The translations under genes and the position numbers were made by a program. Source: Rhodocyclaceae bacterium (GTDB taxonomy: Bacteria; Pseudomonadota; Gammaproteobacteria; Burkholderiales; Rhodocyclaceae). From it: a stretch of DNA of 64,000 nt. Below are positions 37,210 through 45,521 of this stretch, piece after piece. Location of the stretch: positions 1,226,344 through 1,290,343 of the forward strand of contig JASGKF010000002.1 in assembly GCA_047600765.1 (NCBI GenBank), given 5' to 3'. The notes below the pieces were generated by a model, which saw nothing but the letters and a program-made list of their open reading frames with translations, was not told the origin of the DNA and ran no database searches. Position 1 is the first letter of the stretch. Each line of letters starts with the position of its first letter.

Positions 37210-38768
37210 GCGGGGCTCCCGGTCGAGGGCTGCGTGCTTTGTGCCAGCAGCGTGCGGTCGATCTTGCCGTTCGGATTGCGCGGCAGGCTGTCAGTTTGCA
37301 GGCGGATGTCGGCAGGCAGCATCCACGCAGGTAGCTCGGGGCGCAGCGCAGCGAGCAGGGCTTCGTTGGTGAGCGCGGCATCAAGAGCCTGCGCGACGAT
37401 GGTGATGGTCTGCCCCAGCGCGGGATGCGGCACACCAAAGGCTGCGACTTCGCGCAGCAGGCCGGTTGCGAGGCAGGCGTCTTCGATTTCGTTGGGACTC
37501 ACGCGGTAGCCGGAGGTCTTGATCATTTCGTCACGACGTCCGATGAAGTAGAGAAAGCCGTCGGCATCGCGGCGCACGGTGTCGCCCGAGAAGACGGCGA
37601 TCTCGGCACGTGTCTGGCCTTCACGCAGTGGCAGCGGGCGATAGCGTTCGGCGGTCTTCTCCGTGTCGTTCCAGTAGCCCAGCGCGACCAGTGCGCCGCG
37701 CTGTACGAGTTCGCCGGGTTCGTCGGCAGCACACTCGCTACCATCTGCGCGCAGCACCATGACTTCGGCATTCGGGATGGCCTTGCCAATGGAGTCCGGA
37801 CGGCGGTCAACTTCTTCAGGCGGCAGGTAGGTGGCGCGGAAGGCCTCGGTGAGGCCGTACATGAGGAAGGGCTTGGCCACTGGCGCGCGTTGGCGCAGCG
37901 CGGCGAGCGTCTCGCGCGGCATGCGGCCACCGGTGCTGGCGAAGTAGCGCAGCGGGGCGACGGCGTCGGCGGGCCAGTCGAGCGCGGCGAGCTGCGTCCA
38001 CAGCGGCGGCACGGCAGTGAGGCCGGTGATCTGGTCGCGTGCCATGGCGCGCAGCACATCGCGTGGCAGCAGGTAGTTGAGCAGGCTGACGCTGGCACCC
38101 ACGCTGAAGGCTGTGGTGAGCTGCGAGAAGCCCGCATCGAAAGACAGTGGCAGGGCTGCGAGCAGACGGTCTTCAGCGTGATTGCCGAGATAGCTGGCGA
38201 CGCTGCGCGCGCCGACGACCAGATTGCGGTGCGAGACCATCACGCCCTTGGGGCGGCCAGTGCTGCCCGAGGTATAGAAGATGCAGGCGAGGTCTTCGTC
38301 AATGACGCGATGGGCGTTGGCAACAGGTTCGGTGTAGCGGGCTTGCCAGGCTGCTGCGTCGTCACTGTCGACGACCAGTGTGTCACGCAATGCCGGGCAG
38401 TCCGCCAGCAAGGGCTGCAGCAAAGGCAAACGCGCAGCGGTGGTGACCAGCATGCTGACGCTGCAGTCCTGCAGGATGTGGGCGACCTGGGCGGGCTTGA
38501 GCTGCGGATTGACCGGCACGAATACCGCACCGGCACGGCTGGCGGCGAAGGCGCTGATGACGAACTCCGGGCGCTTCTCCATCCAGATGGCAACCCGTTC
38601 GCCGCGTGCGAGGCCCTGGCGCAGCAGGCTGGCAGCCAGGCCTTCGATGTTTGCAGCGAGCCCGGCATAGTGCATTGCCTGGCCGCCATCGATCAGTGCC
38701 GTGGCGTCTGGTGCGCGCTGTGCCGCGTGCAAGGGCAAGTCGTGCAGCAGGAAGGCGGTGGCGCTCAT
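37206..38768 (-). CDS. AMP-forming acyl/aminoacyl ligase, exosortase A-associated
   Basis: YTSGSTGRPKGV, LMYGLTEAFR, SGDTVRRDADGFLYFIGRRDEMIKTSGYRVSP, NGKIDR; start MSATAF at 38768. Confidence 0.9.
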   Translation of the reverse strand: MSATAFLLHDLPLHAAQRAPDATALIDGGQAMHYAGLAANIEGLAASLLRQGLARGERVAIWMEKRPEFVISAFAASRAGAVFVPVNPQLKPAQVAHILQDCSVSMLVTTAARLPLLQPLLADCPALRDTLVVDSDDAAAWQARYTEPVANAHRVIDEDLACIFYTSGSTGRPKGVMVSHRNLVVGARSVASYLGNHAEDRLLAALPLSFDAGFSQLTTAFSVGASVSLLNYLLPRDVLRAMARDQITGLTAVPPLWTQLAALDWPADAVAPLRYFASTGGRMPRETLAALRQRAPVAKPFLMYGLTEAFRATYLPPEEVDRRPDSIGKAIPNAEVMVLRADGSECAADEPGELVQRGALVALGYWNDTEKTAERYRPLPLREGQTRAEIAVFSGDTVRRDADGFLYFIGRRDEMIKTSGYRVSPNEIEDACLATGLLREVAAFGVPHPALGQTITIVAQALDAALTNEALLAALRPELPAWMLPADIRLQTDSLPRNPNGKIDRTLLAQSTQPSTGSPA

Positions 38769-39757
38769 GAGGGGTTGCGGATCCTTGCTTTCAGCCAGCG
38801 CGGGATGAAGTGTCGTGCCGCGCGCAGTTTGCCGCCCAGCGAATGGCGGTCGAATGCGAGCAAGGCAACCAGCGCGCGACGATGCGTCATCCACTCTGAC
38901 TTGTAGGCATCGTCACCGGTCAGGAAGTCGATTTCCGTCACGCCGTCGATAGACATGACATGTTCGAACAGGGCTGCCGTGAGGACGGTGCCAACGCCCA
39001 GTCTGGCAAAGCGCGCATCGTAAGCGAGTTTATAGATGGAGGCCGTCTGATTCTTCACGAACCACACCTGAGCGGCGGCAGGTTCGCCCTGAACATGGAG
39101 CACGGCCAGGCGTAGGCTGCCCTGTGCGGCAGTCATGCGGCACAGGCCGGGTATGAAGTCGGGGAATGGCTCAGCCTCCTTCCAGCTGGAGGCATAGACA
39201 CGCTGGAATGCGGCTAGTCCCTCGTTGAATCCGGAGCCTGCCTGCAGGATGAAGTCGATACGGAAACCGGGCGTTTCCTTGAGCTTGCTGTGGCATCTGC
39301 GCAGGGTGTTGCGCAGTCGAGAGGGGCGCTCGGCGAGGTAGCTTTGCCAGCTGAGACCAGCGCAGGGAAGGTACCAGTTGGTGCTGACAGGCAGCAGATC
39401 TGTCGAGAAATCGGCTGATAGTGCCTGTATCAACGCCGGCAACCAGGGAGCATCCTCGCGCAGGGGGCGCAAAATGACTTGCTGCGGGGACTGCGCGCGC
39501 AGGTTCTGCACGAATGCAGGCAGAGTGTCTGCGCAGGGCTGCAGGCCGTCTTCAAAGCCAAAGTCTGGACTGTAGAAATTGCTGCAGGATTCCAGCCCTC
39601 CCGAGCCCCGCATCAAGTGCATGCGCAGTCCGGCAGCTGCGATCAGAACGGGGTGCGCGTCAGGCGGCAGGCCTTTTTGCTGAAGGAGCTCGAACCAGTC
39701 CCGGCCAAGGAACAGCGAACTGCTGCCGGCTTGTCCAGGCAGGGTCGGGCAATTCAT
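38765..39757 (-). CDS. GNAT acyltransferase (Acetyltransf_6/FemAB-like)
   Basis: SNFYSP, LRNTLRR, VYASSWKEAE, YKLAYD, EIDFLTGDDAYKSEWM; probable start MNCPTL at 39757. Confidence 0.8.
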   Translation of the reverse strand: MNCPTLPGQAGSSSLFLGRDWFELLQQKGLPPDAHPVLIAAAGLRMHLMRGSGGLESCSNFYSPDFGFEDGLQPCADTLPAFVQNLRAQSPQQVILRPLREDAPWLPALIQALSADFSTDLLPVSTNWYLPCAGLSWQSYLAERPSRLRNTLRRCHSKLKETPGFRIDFILQAGSGFNEGLAAFQRVYASSWKEAEPFPDFIPGLCRMTAAQGSLRLAVLHVQGEPAAAQVWFVKNQTASIYKLAYDARFARLGVGTVLTAALFEHVMSIDGVTEIDFLTGDDAYKSEWMTHRRALVALLAFDRHSLGGKLRAARHFIPRWLKARIRNPS

Positions 39758-41421
39758 CAGGTCGGCTTTCGAGGGGCTGACGGTGTCGCGCCAATCCTGG
39801 GCGGGGCCTTGTCTGTCTGGCAGACATAAAGTGCTATGCCGCGGTCGATCAACTCCATGCGACAACGATCTTTGAGATAGCGGCTGAACTCCGGATAGTG
39901 ATCCGGGCTGAAGGTCACGGCATCGCCTGAACCCAAGGGGCGGCCGGAAATGTCCACGATGAAGCGCGGGGGCTTGTCCTCCAGATCCTTCATGAAGCGC
40001 TGCCAGATGCCGGGCTTGACAATGCGCAAGCGTGCGGCGGGATCCATGCCCGGGGTGTATTCGGCGAACGTGCCTTGGAGATGATCGGTCAGGAGTACCT
40101 TGGACGCGCCAATCAGGCGAGTGGTGATGAAGTAATCAGGGGCATACCCCCAGACATAAAGCCGGTCATCAGCTTGCGACAGGGCGTTGATACGCATCGT
40201 GATCGGTGATTGCGTCGGTGGAGTCGAACCACTCAGCAGCTGTTTGACAATGGGGGTGCCCGCGGCGACCGCGCTTGAAATGATGGCCAGCGCCCCTGTG
40301 CAGAGCGCAATCCGTCGGAGGATGAGGCTCTCCTGCTGCAGGCAGAACTGGATGAAATAGCCACCCGCCAGTGCCAACGCCGGAAAAGTGAAGAGGTAGT
40401 AGGCCGGATAGTATTCGCGCCCCAGGCTGACGGCGGCAAAGGCGCCGAGCAGGGAAACGAGCAGGAAGCTGCGGACGGGCAGGCTTTGCCCGCTTGCTGT
40501 TGGGTTGGTCCGGTGGCCTGCCGTGGCTAGCACACCCAGCACTGCGAGTAGCCAGCATAGCGGGGCGAGGCGACTGTACTCTTCGGTCGCCGTTACAAAC
40601 CGCATGAGGCGTCGGGATAGTGGGGTGGTGTCCACCGTGGCATAACGGGAGGGGTACTCCAGCGTCTGGTAGATCAGGTCTTCGAGTCCGCCCGCCGCGC
40701 TGAAGTACAGGGCTGCCATGGCAAGAGGCAGAGCGAGTCCGCCAGCGTATGACAGTGCGGTGTGCAGGGTGCTGCGTAGTCTCCGGCCGTTTGTGTATGC
40801 AGCAAGACATAGAACAGACATGCCGGCGGCGGCTAGAACCGCTGGTTGCTTGAACAGCATCGCGACGCCGGTTAGCGCTCCGGCTCCGGCGAAGCCCGCA
40901 TAAGAGACGCGTTTGGCCGAACGCAGCATCAGCCACAAAGCAAGACTCAAGGGCAGGGCTGCAAGTTGCTCGGTCTTGACGGCAATGAAACGCGGATCGC
41001 CTGTTCCCAGCAGCAGGAAAAGAATGCACGCCCAGATGCCCGCCTGGCGCCCCCCCAACTCTGACGCCGCCAGAAAAATGGCGCCTGCGGTCAGGAATAC
41101 CCACAGCATGCCGAAGGCGTGAATGGCTTGCATGTTGTAGTCGCCGAACAGGCTGAAGACCACCTGGTAGATCAGGAAGACGCCGGGGGGCTTGTTGTCG
41201 ATGCAGGCAAGCAGGGGGCCGCTATGTTCTGCAATGGCTCGCATGGCGCAAGCAGCGAAAAAACTTTCGTCTACATTGAGTGAGCCCGCCGTCAGATAGT
41301 GGGCACGAATGCCGAACTGGCAGACGAGTACGGCGGCAAGACACAACCAGGAAAACGCGGCAAGCTGGTTGGCGGGGTTCCTGCGGAAAGCGTCGACAAT
41401 TCTTGGGAACATGTCCGGCAT
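39757..41421 (-). CDS. GT-C-fold (ArnT/PMT_2-like) membrane glycosyltransferase
   Basis: LNVDESFF, DNKPPG, LFKQPA, many TM segments and a soluble C-terminal domain; start at 41421 or 41412. Confidence 0.75.
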   Translation of the reverse strand: MPDMFPRIVDAFRRNPANQLAAFSWLCLAAVLVCQFGIRAHYLTAGSLNVDESFFAACAMRAIAEHSGPLLACIDNKPPGVFLIYQVVFSLFGDYNMQAIHAFGMLWVFLTAGAIFLAASELGGRQAGIWACILFLLLGTGDPRFIAVKTEQLAALPLSLALWLMLRSAKRVSYAGFAGAGALTGVAMLFKQPAVLAAAGMSVLCLAAYTNGRRLRSTLHTALSYAGGLALPLAMAALYFSAAGGLEDLIYQTLEYPSRYATVDTTPLSRRLMRFVTATEEYSRLAPLCWLLAVLGVLATAGHRTNPTASGQSLPVRSFLLVSLLGAFAAVSLGREYYPAYYLFTFPALALAGGYFIQFCLQQESLILRRIALCTGALAIISSAVAAGTPIVKQLLSGSTPPTQSPITMRINALSQADDRLYVWGYAPDYFITTRLIGASKVLLTDHLQGTFAEYTPGMDPAARLRIVKPGIWQRFMKDLEDKPPRFIVDISGRPLGSGDAVTFSPDHYPEFSRYLKDRCRMELIDRGIALYVCQTDKAPPRIGATPSAPRKPT

Positions 41422-41560
41422 GATTCCTGGGGCTGGTAGTGGGGCGTGCTTGGGACCGTCTGCAGGACGTGCTTCCCGAGACCGGTGGATATAATACCGG
41501 ACTGGAATTAGTGAACTGCTCGTGGCCTTGTCTGGCTGCGGCGCATTGAGGAAGCCTGGT

Positions 41561-41809
41561 TTGGATATTCGCAAGGAACTGGCGGTGGTGCTGGACGACG
41601 TGCTGGGGCTGAAGGGCCGTGCACAAGGTTTCGTTGACAGCACGCCGCTGCTGGGGGCGCTGCCCGAGCTCGATTCGATGGCGGTTGTGGGCATCATTGC
41701 CGGTATCGAAGAGCATTTCGGGGTGTATCTCGCCGATGATGAAATCGATGGCAGCAGCTTTGAGACTTTCGGCAGCCTGCTCAAACTGGTGCAGGACAAG
41801 ATTGGCTGA
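41561..41809 (+). CDS. Acyl carrier protein, exosortase A-associated
   Basis: 82-aa acidic protein with PELDSMAVV (phosphopantetheine Ser); probable TTG start at 41561. Confidence 0.9.
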   Translation: MDIRKELAVVLDDVLGLKGRAQGFVDSTPLLGALPELDSMAVVGIIAGIEEHFGVYLADDEIDGSSFETFGSLLKLVQDKIG

Positions 41810-41818
41810 CCGGCCCTG

Positions 41819-42658
41819 ATGGAACCCTTCTACCTCCCCACACCGGAAGGGCGCATTTACGGATTGCATCTTCCCGCTGGCGGTACGCCTCGGGGGGCGT
41901 TGTTGTGGCTGCCGCCGTTCGCCGAAGAGGCGCACTGCGCACGTCGCCATCTGGTCGCGGCAGCGCGGGAGTGCCAAGCCGAAGGTTTCTCCAGCCTGTT
42001 GATTGATCCATTGGGTACGGGGGAGAGCGACGGTGACTTCTCCAGCGCAAGCTGGGAAATCTGGTGCCGTCATGTGGGCCTCGCTGCGAGCTGGTTGCGT
42101 GAGCGGGTGCCGGCTCCGCTGTGGCTGGCTGGATTGCGTGCAGGCAATCTGCTGGCGGCCGATGTCGCAGCGCAGGTGATGCCGGCGGGGTTGCTGTGCT
42201 GGCAGCCCGCGATGGATGGCCGGACGGTGCTGGACGGTTTCCTGCGACTCAAACTGGCGTCGACCTGGGCGGCAGATGCGGGTGGAAGTTCTGGAAGCAA
42301 TGCCGCCAGCATCCTCGCTGATTTGCGTGACGAACTTGCTGCTGGTCGAAGTGTGGATGTCGCAGGCTTTACGCTCTCAGCCGAACTGGCCGGTGTGCTG
42401 GCATCGCGTGGCATGTCCTGGGCGCTTGATTGCGCCCCGCGACTGGCTTGTCTTGAATTCCGGTCTCGCCAGACAGATGGTGTGCTGCCTCCGCATTCAC
42501 CGGGCTTGGCGCGACAGCGTGACAACTGGCGTTCGCAGGGAGTGCAGGTACTCAGCCAGGTCGTGGAGGCACCGCAATTCTGGTTGCAGCATGAGGCGCC
42601 GCTGACACCAGGGTTAGGGCGCGCCAGCGCAGCCTTGATCGGGAAGCTGGAAGCATGA
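41819..42658 (+). CDS. Alpha/beta hydrolase 2, exosortase A-associated
   Basis: LPPFAEEAHCARR, DPLGTGESDGDF; elbow reads GLRAG (no Ser); LRLKLA motif. Confidence 0.85.
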   Translation: MEPFYLPTPEGRIYGLHLPAGGTPRGALLWLPPFAEEAHCARRHLVAAARECQAEGFSSLLIDPLGTGESDGDFSSASWEIWCRHVGLAASWLRERVPAPLWLAGLRAGNLLAADVAAQVMPAGLLCWQPAMDGRTVLDGFLRLKLASTWAADAGGSSGSNAASILADLRDELAAGRSVDVAGFTLSAELAGVLASRGMSWALDCAPRLACLEFRSRQTDGVLPPHSPGLARQRDNWRSQGVQVLSQVVEAPQFWLQHEAPLTPGLGRASAALIGKLEA

Positions 42659-43512
42659 CGCTGGCCACGAGTTTTCCCCTCGTCATTCCGCTTGGTCAGA
42701 AACATGCGCCGCGACTGGTGGGCACCGTGCATCCGCCGGCGGGTGAGCCTCGTGGGCCCGGCGTTGTATTCGTGACGGGTGGCATGCAGACGCGGGCGGG
42801 CAGTCATCGCGGCTTCATTTCGCTGGCGCGTGTGCTTGCCGCCAGTGGCTTTCCCGTTTTGCGTTTCGATCTGCCCGGATTGGGCGACGCCGAAGGCGAG
42901 ATGCGTGACTTCGCAGACAATACGGATGTCATCCACGCTGCTACGGATGCCTTGATCTCGGCCGTACCGGGTATGGATCGGGTGGTGCTGTGGGGCCTGT
43001 GTGATGGTGCCAGCGCAGCGGCCCTGTTCGTGCGTGAAGAGTCGCGCGTAGCCGGGCTCTTTCTCGTCAATCCCTGGTTGCTGTCGGAACAGGCGCAAGC
43101 CCGTGCGATGTCAGGCTATTACAGGCAACGTTTCCTGTCGCCAGAGTTCTGGCGCAAGCTGCTTGGCGGCCAGGTGGATGTCACCGGAGCTTTGCGTGGC
43201 TACGTCATGAACTGGTGGTGTGCGAAGGGGGATTCTGACCCAGCACAGCCTGCTGCTCAGGCCGGCAGGGTTCAACCCTTGTCTGCACGTGTGCTGCAGG
43301 CGCTGGAATCTTTTGACGGCAAGCTGCAGCTTGTCGTGTCGGGACAAGACCTGACTGGGCAAGCTTTCGTAGCGGCAGCTGCTGGTCGCAGTTTGTCACT
43401 CATACAGGTCGGGGACGCCGATCACACCTTTTCGTCCATCGCAGCACAACAGCAACTCGAAGTGCTGAGCCAGCAGTTCCTGGAGTCGTTCTGCCCGGAC
43501 CGCGCGCCCTGA
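42655..43512 (+). CDS. Alpha/beta hydrolase 1, exosortase A-associated
   Basis: GGMQTRAGSHR, RFDLPGLGDAEG, elbow WGLCDGAS (Cys), VNPW, DLTG, ADHTFS. Confidence 0.85.
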   Translation: MTLATSFPLVIPLGQKHAPRLVGTVHPPAGEPRGPGVVFVTGGMQTRAGSHRGFISLARVLAASGFPVLRFDLPGLGDAEGEMRDFADNTDVIHAATDALISAVPGMDRVVLWGLCDGASAAALFVREESRVAGLFLVNPWLLSEQAQARAMSGYYRQRFLSPEFWRKLLGGQVDVTGALRGYVMNWWCAKGDSDPAQPAAQAGRVQPLSARVLQALESFDGKLQLVVSGQDLTGQAFVAAAAGRSLSLIQVGDADHTFSSIAAQQQLEVLSQQFLESFCPDRAP

Positions 43513-43518
43513 GGCGAG

Positions 43519-43884
43519 TCAGCTGCGGGCGACGACAAAGACGCCCGCGCAGATCAGCGCGACGCCGAGCAGTCTTTGTGGCGTGACCTGTTCGCCCATC
43601 ATGAAACCGACGGCGGCAGTGAAGAAGAAACCGAGTCCTACCAGCGGGTAGGCCTTGCTGACATCCCACTTCGACAACACGGCGAGCCATACCATCGCCC
43701 CCAGTGCGTAGAGTGCGAGCCCACCGAACACGTACTTGTCGAAGAGCACGGCGAAGACGGTGCGGATCGTGAAGGGCTCGGCCAGCGTAGCTTTGAGTGC
43801 TGCACCGGACATGCCAGCCTTCAGCGAGAACTGCGCGGCGACCGAGAAGAGGATGCTGACGACGGCGATGATGAGGGTTTTCAT
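43519..43884 (-). CDS. EamA/SMR-like 4-TM protein, ArnE/ArnF-type lipid-linked sugar flippase candidate
   Basis: 121 aa with four TM helices; AQFSLK, WLAVLSKWDVSKAYPLVGLG. Confidence 0.75.
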   Translation of the reverse strand: MKTLIIAVVSILFSVAAQFSLKAGMSGAALKATLAEPFTIRTVFAVLFDKYVFGGLALYALGAMVWLAVLSKWDVSKAYPLVGLGFFFTAAVGFMMGEQVTPQRLLGVALICAGVFVVARS

Positions 43885-43907
43885 TGTTCTTGTTGCGGAG
43901 CCGGGCC

Positions 43908-45509
43908 TCAGCGCTGCGACTTGATCGTGTGGTTGATGATGGGCAGATCGATGCTTTGCTCGCGCGGGCCCGTGGCAACCGGGCCGAGATTTTCGTAGAT
44001 CACGAGCTCTTTTTCGTGTGCCGGGTAGTTGGCTGGTGTGTCGAAACGCGCCACCTGCTTGAACTGGGGGCTTGCAATGACACGTTCGAAGCGTTGCATG
44101 GCGGCCAGATCGTTCCAGAATCCGGGCTGCACAACGAGGTATTTCACCCCGAGTTTGTTGAGCTGATCAGAAATATCGGCTTCACTCAGTGGCTTTTCTT
44201 CAACGCCCAGCGCACGTCGTACAGCAACGCGCAGCAGGATCTTGTCAGCGCGCACGACAGTAAGGTCGCGACGGTCTTCGCGTTCACGCATGTTGAAGAC
44301 GAAGGAACCATCGCGGTAGCCCGAGAACAGTACGGCGCTGTCGCGCGGAGCGTGGTGAGCGATCCAGTCCGCGACCTGTGCGTAGCCTTCGACCTTGAGC
44401 ACCGGACGGAAGAACACCGTTTGCACGATGACGGCGATGCCCAGTGCGGCGAGCGCGGCGATCGCCAGTGTCTGTCGTGGCAAACGCGTCAGCAGGAAAA
44501 CTGCGAAGGCCACTACGGGGGGGAGAATGAACACGCTATGGCGTGCTTCCTTTAGGTCGATGGCCGAGAAAAACAGATAACCGATGCCGAACCAGGCTAG
44601 CCAGAACAGGGCGTCACCACGCTGCACGTCGTCGCGCGGGAGCCAACGCATTGCGAGCAAGCCGCCACAGGCCGCGATAAGCACGGGCCAACCGAGTTGG
44701 TCAGGCAGTTGCTTGAAATACCACAGCCAGCCGGCGAGGCTGCGACGCGAAACCTCGGCATCGGCAATGCCGCTGACCGACTGCACGTTGGCCTGACCGA
44801 ACTTGAGCGTCAGTACCACGAGGGGCACCAGCGCGAGCACTGCTGCAATGGCGATCAGCCACAGCTTGTAGTCGCGCAGCGTGCGCCAGCCACGGTCATG
44901 CAGCAGGCACAGCAGGTAAACCGGCGCGAGGAAGGCGGCCGTGATCTTGGTGTACATCGCTGCGACCAGCAGAAAGATGGCGAGCGTCAGATGCAGGGTG
45001 CGGCCTTCGCGGCGGTAGTGCATGAAGCAGACGGCGCTCCAGATCAGGAAGGCGAGCGAAGGCACTTCCAGCATGATCTGGCGACCCCAGAACGTGATCT
45101 CGGGTGCGCACACCAGCAGGGCCGCGGCGAGCCCGGCCTGCGTGGCCGGCAGCCAGAAGCGGAACAGTTTCCAGCAACCCCAGGCGAAGGCCATGTAGTG
45201 CAGGCAGACGACCAGCAAGGCTGTTTCGTGCGAAACGCCGAAGAGGGCGTAGAACGGCGCGCTGAGCACATAGAACAGCGGCGGATAGAACAGGATGGTC
45301 AGCGCCGGGTACTGCGCGTAGTAAGCGTAGGCGAAGCCGGACGGATCGCGCCAGGGCATGGCCAGCACGAGATCCTTTACGAAGACGCCGTTGAGCGCGT
45401 GGCGCGGTGCATCGCTCCAGTAAAAGGCGCCGTCGTGGGGGGCGCCGAGGAAGAGCAGGGCGGTGCCGACAAGCAGCAGGGCAAGTACGAGGCGGGGATG
45501 GAGGTTCAT
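43908..45509 (-). CDS. GT-C-fold (GT39/ArnT-like) membrane glycosyltransferase
   Basis: FYWSDAPRH, FYPPLFY, IMLEVP, YTKITA, many TM segments and a C-terminal periplasmic domain. Confidence 0.75.
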   Translation of the reverse strand: MNLHPRLVLALLLVGTALLFLGAPHDGAFYWSDAPRHALNGVFVKDLVLAMPWRDPSGFAYAYYAQYPALTILFYPPLFYVLSAPFYALFGVSHETALLVVCLHYMAFAWGCWKLFRFWLPATQAGLAAALLVCAPEITFWGRQIMLEVPSLAFLIWSAVCFMHYRREGRTLHLTLAIFLLVAAMYTKITAAFLAPVYLLCLLHDRGWRTLRDYKLWLIAIAAVLALVPLVVLTLKFGQANVQSVSGIADAEVSRRSLAGWLWYFKQLPDQLGWPVLIAACGGLLAMRWLPRDDVQRGDALFWLAWFGIGYLFFSAIDLKEARHSVFILPPVVAFAVFLLTRLPRQTLAIAALAALGIAVIVQTVFFRPVLKVEGYAQVADWIAHHAPRDSAVLFSGYRDGSFVFNMREREDRRDLTVVRADKILLRVAVRRALGVEEKPLSEADISDQLNKLGVKYLVVQPGFWNDLAAMQRFERVIASPQFKQVARFDTPANYPAHEKELVIYENLGPVATGPREQSIDLPIINHTIKSQR

Positions 45510-45521
45510 GGTATTCGTGCC

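Noticed and set aside
41490-41495. TATAAT upstream of the ACP gene as a sigma70 promoter
   Set aside because: No credible -35 or extended -10; plausible but unsupported.
39757-41799. Long N-terminal extensions in the ORF track (39757..41799, 33422..34966, 3582..4730, 32221..33414, 57771..59003)
   Set aside because: The extensions overlap neighbouring genes or intergenic DNA and lack family features, so downstream starts were used.
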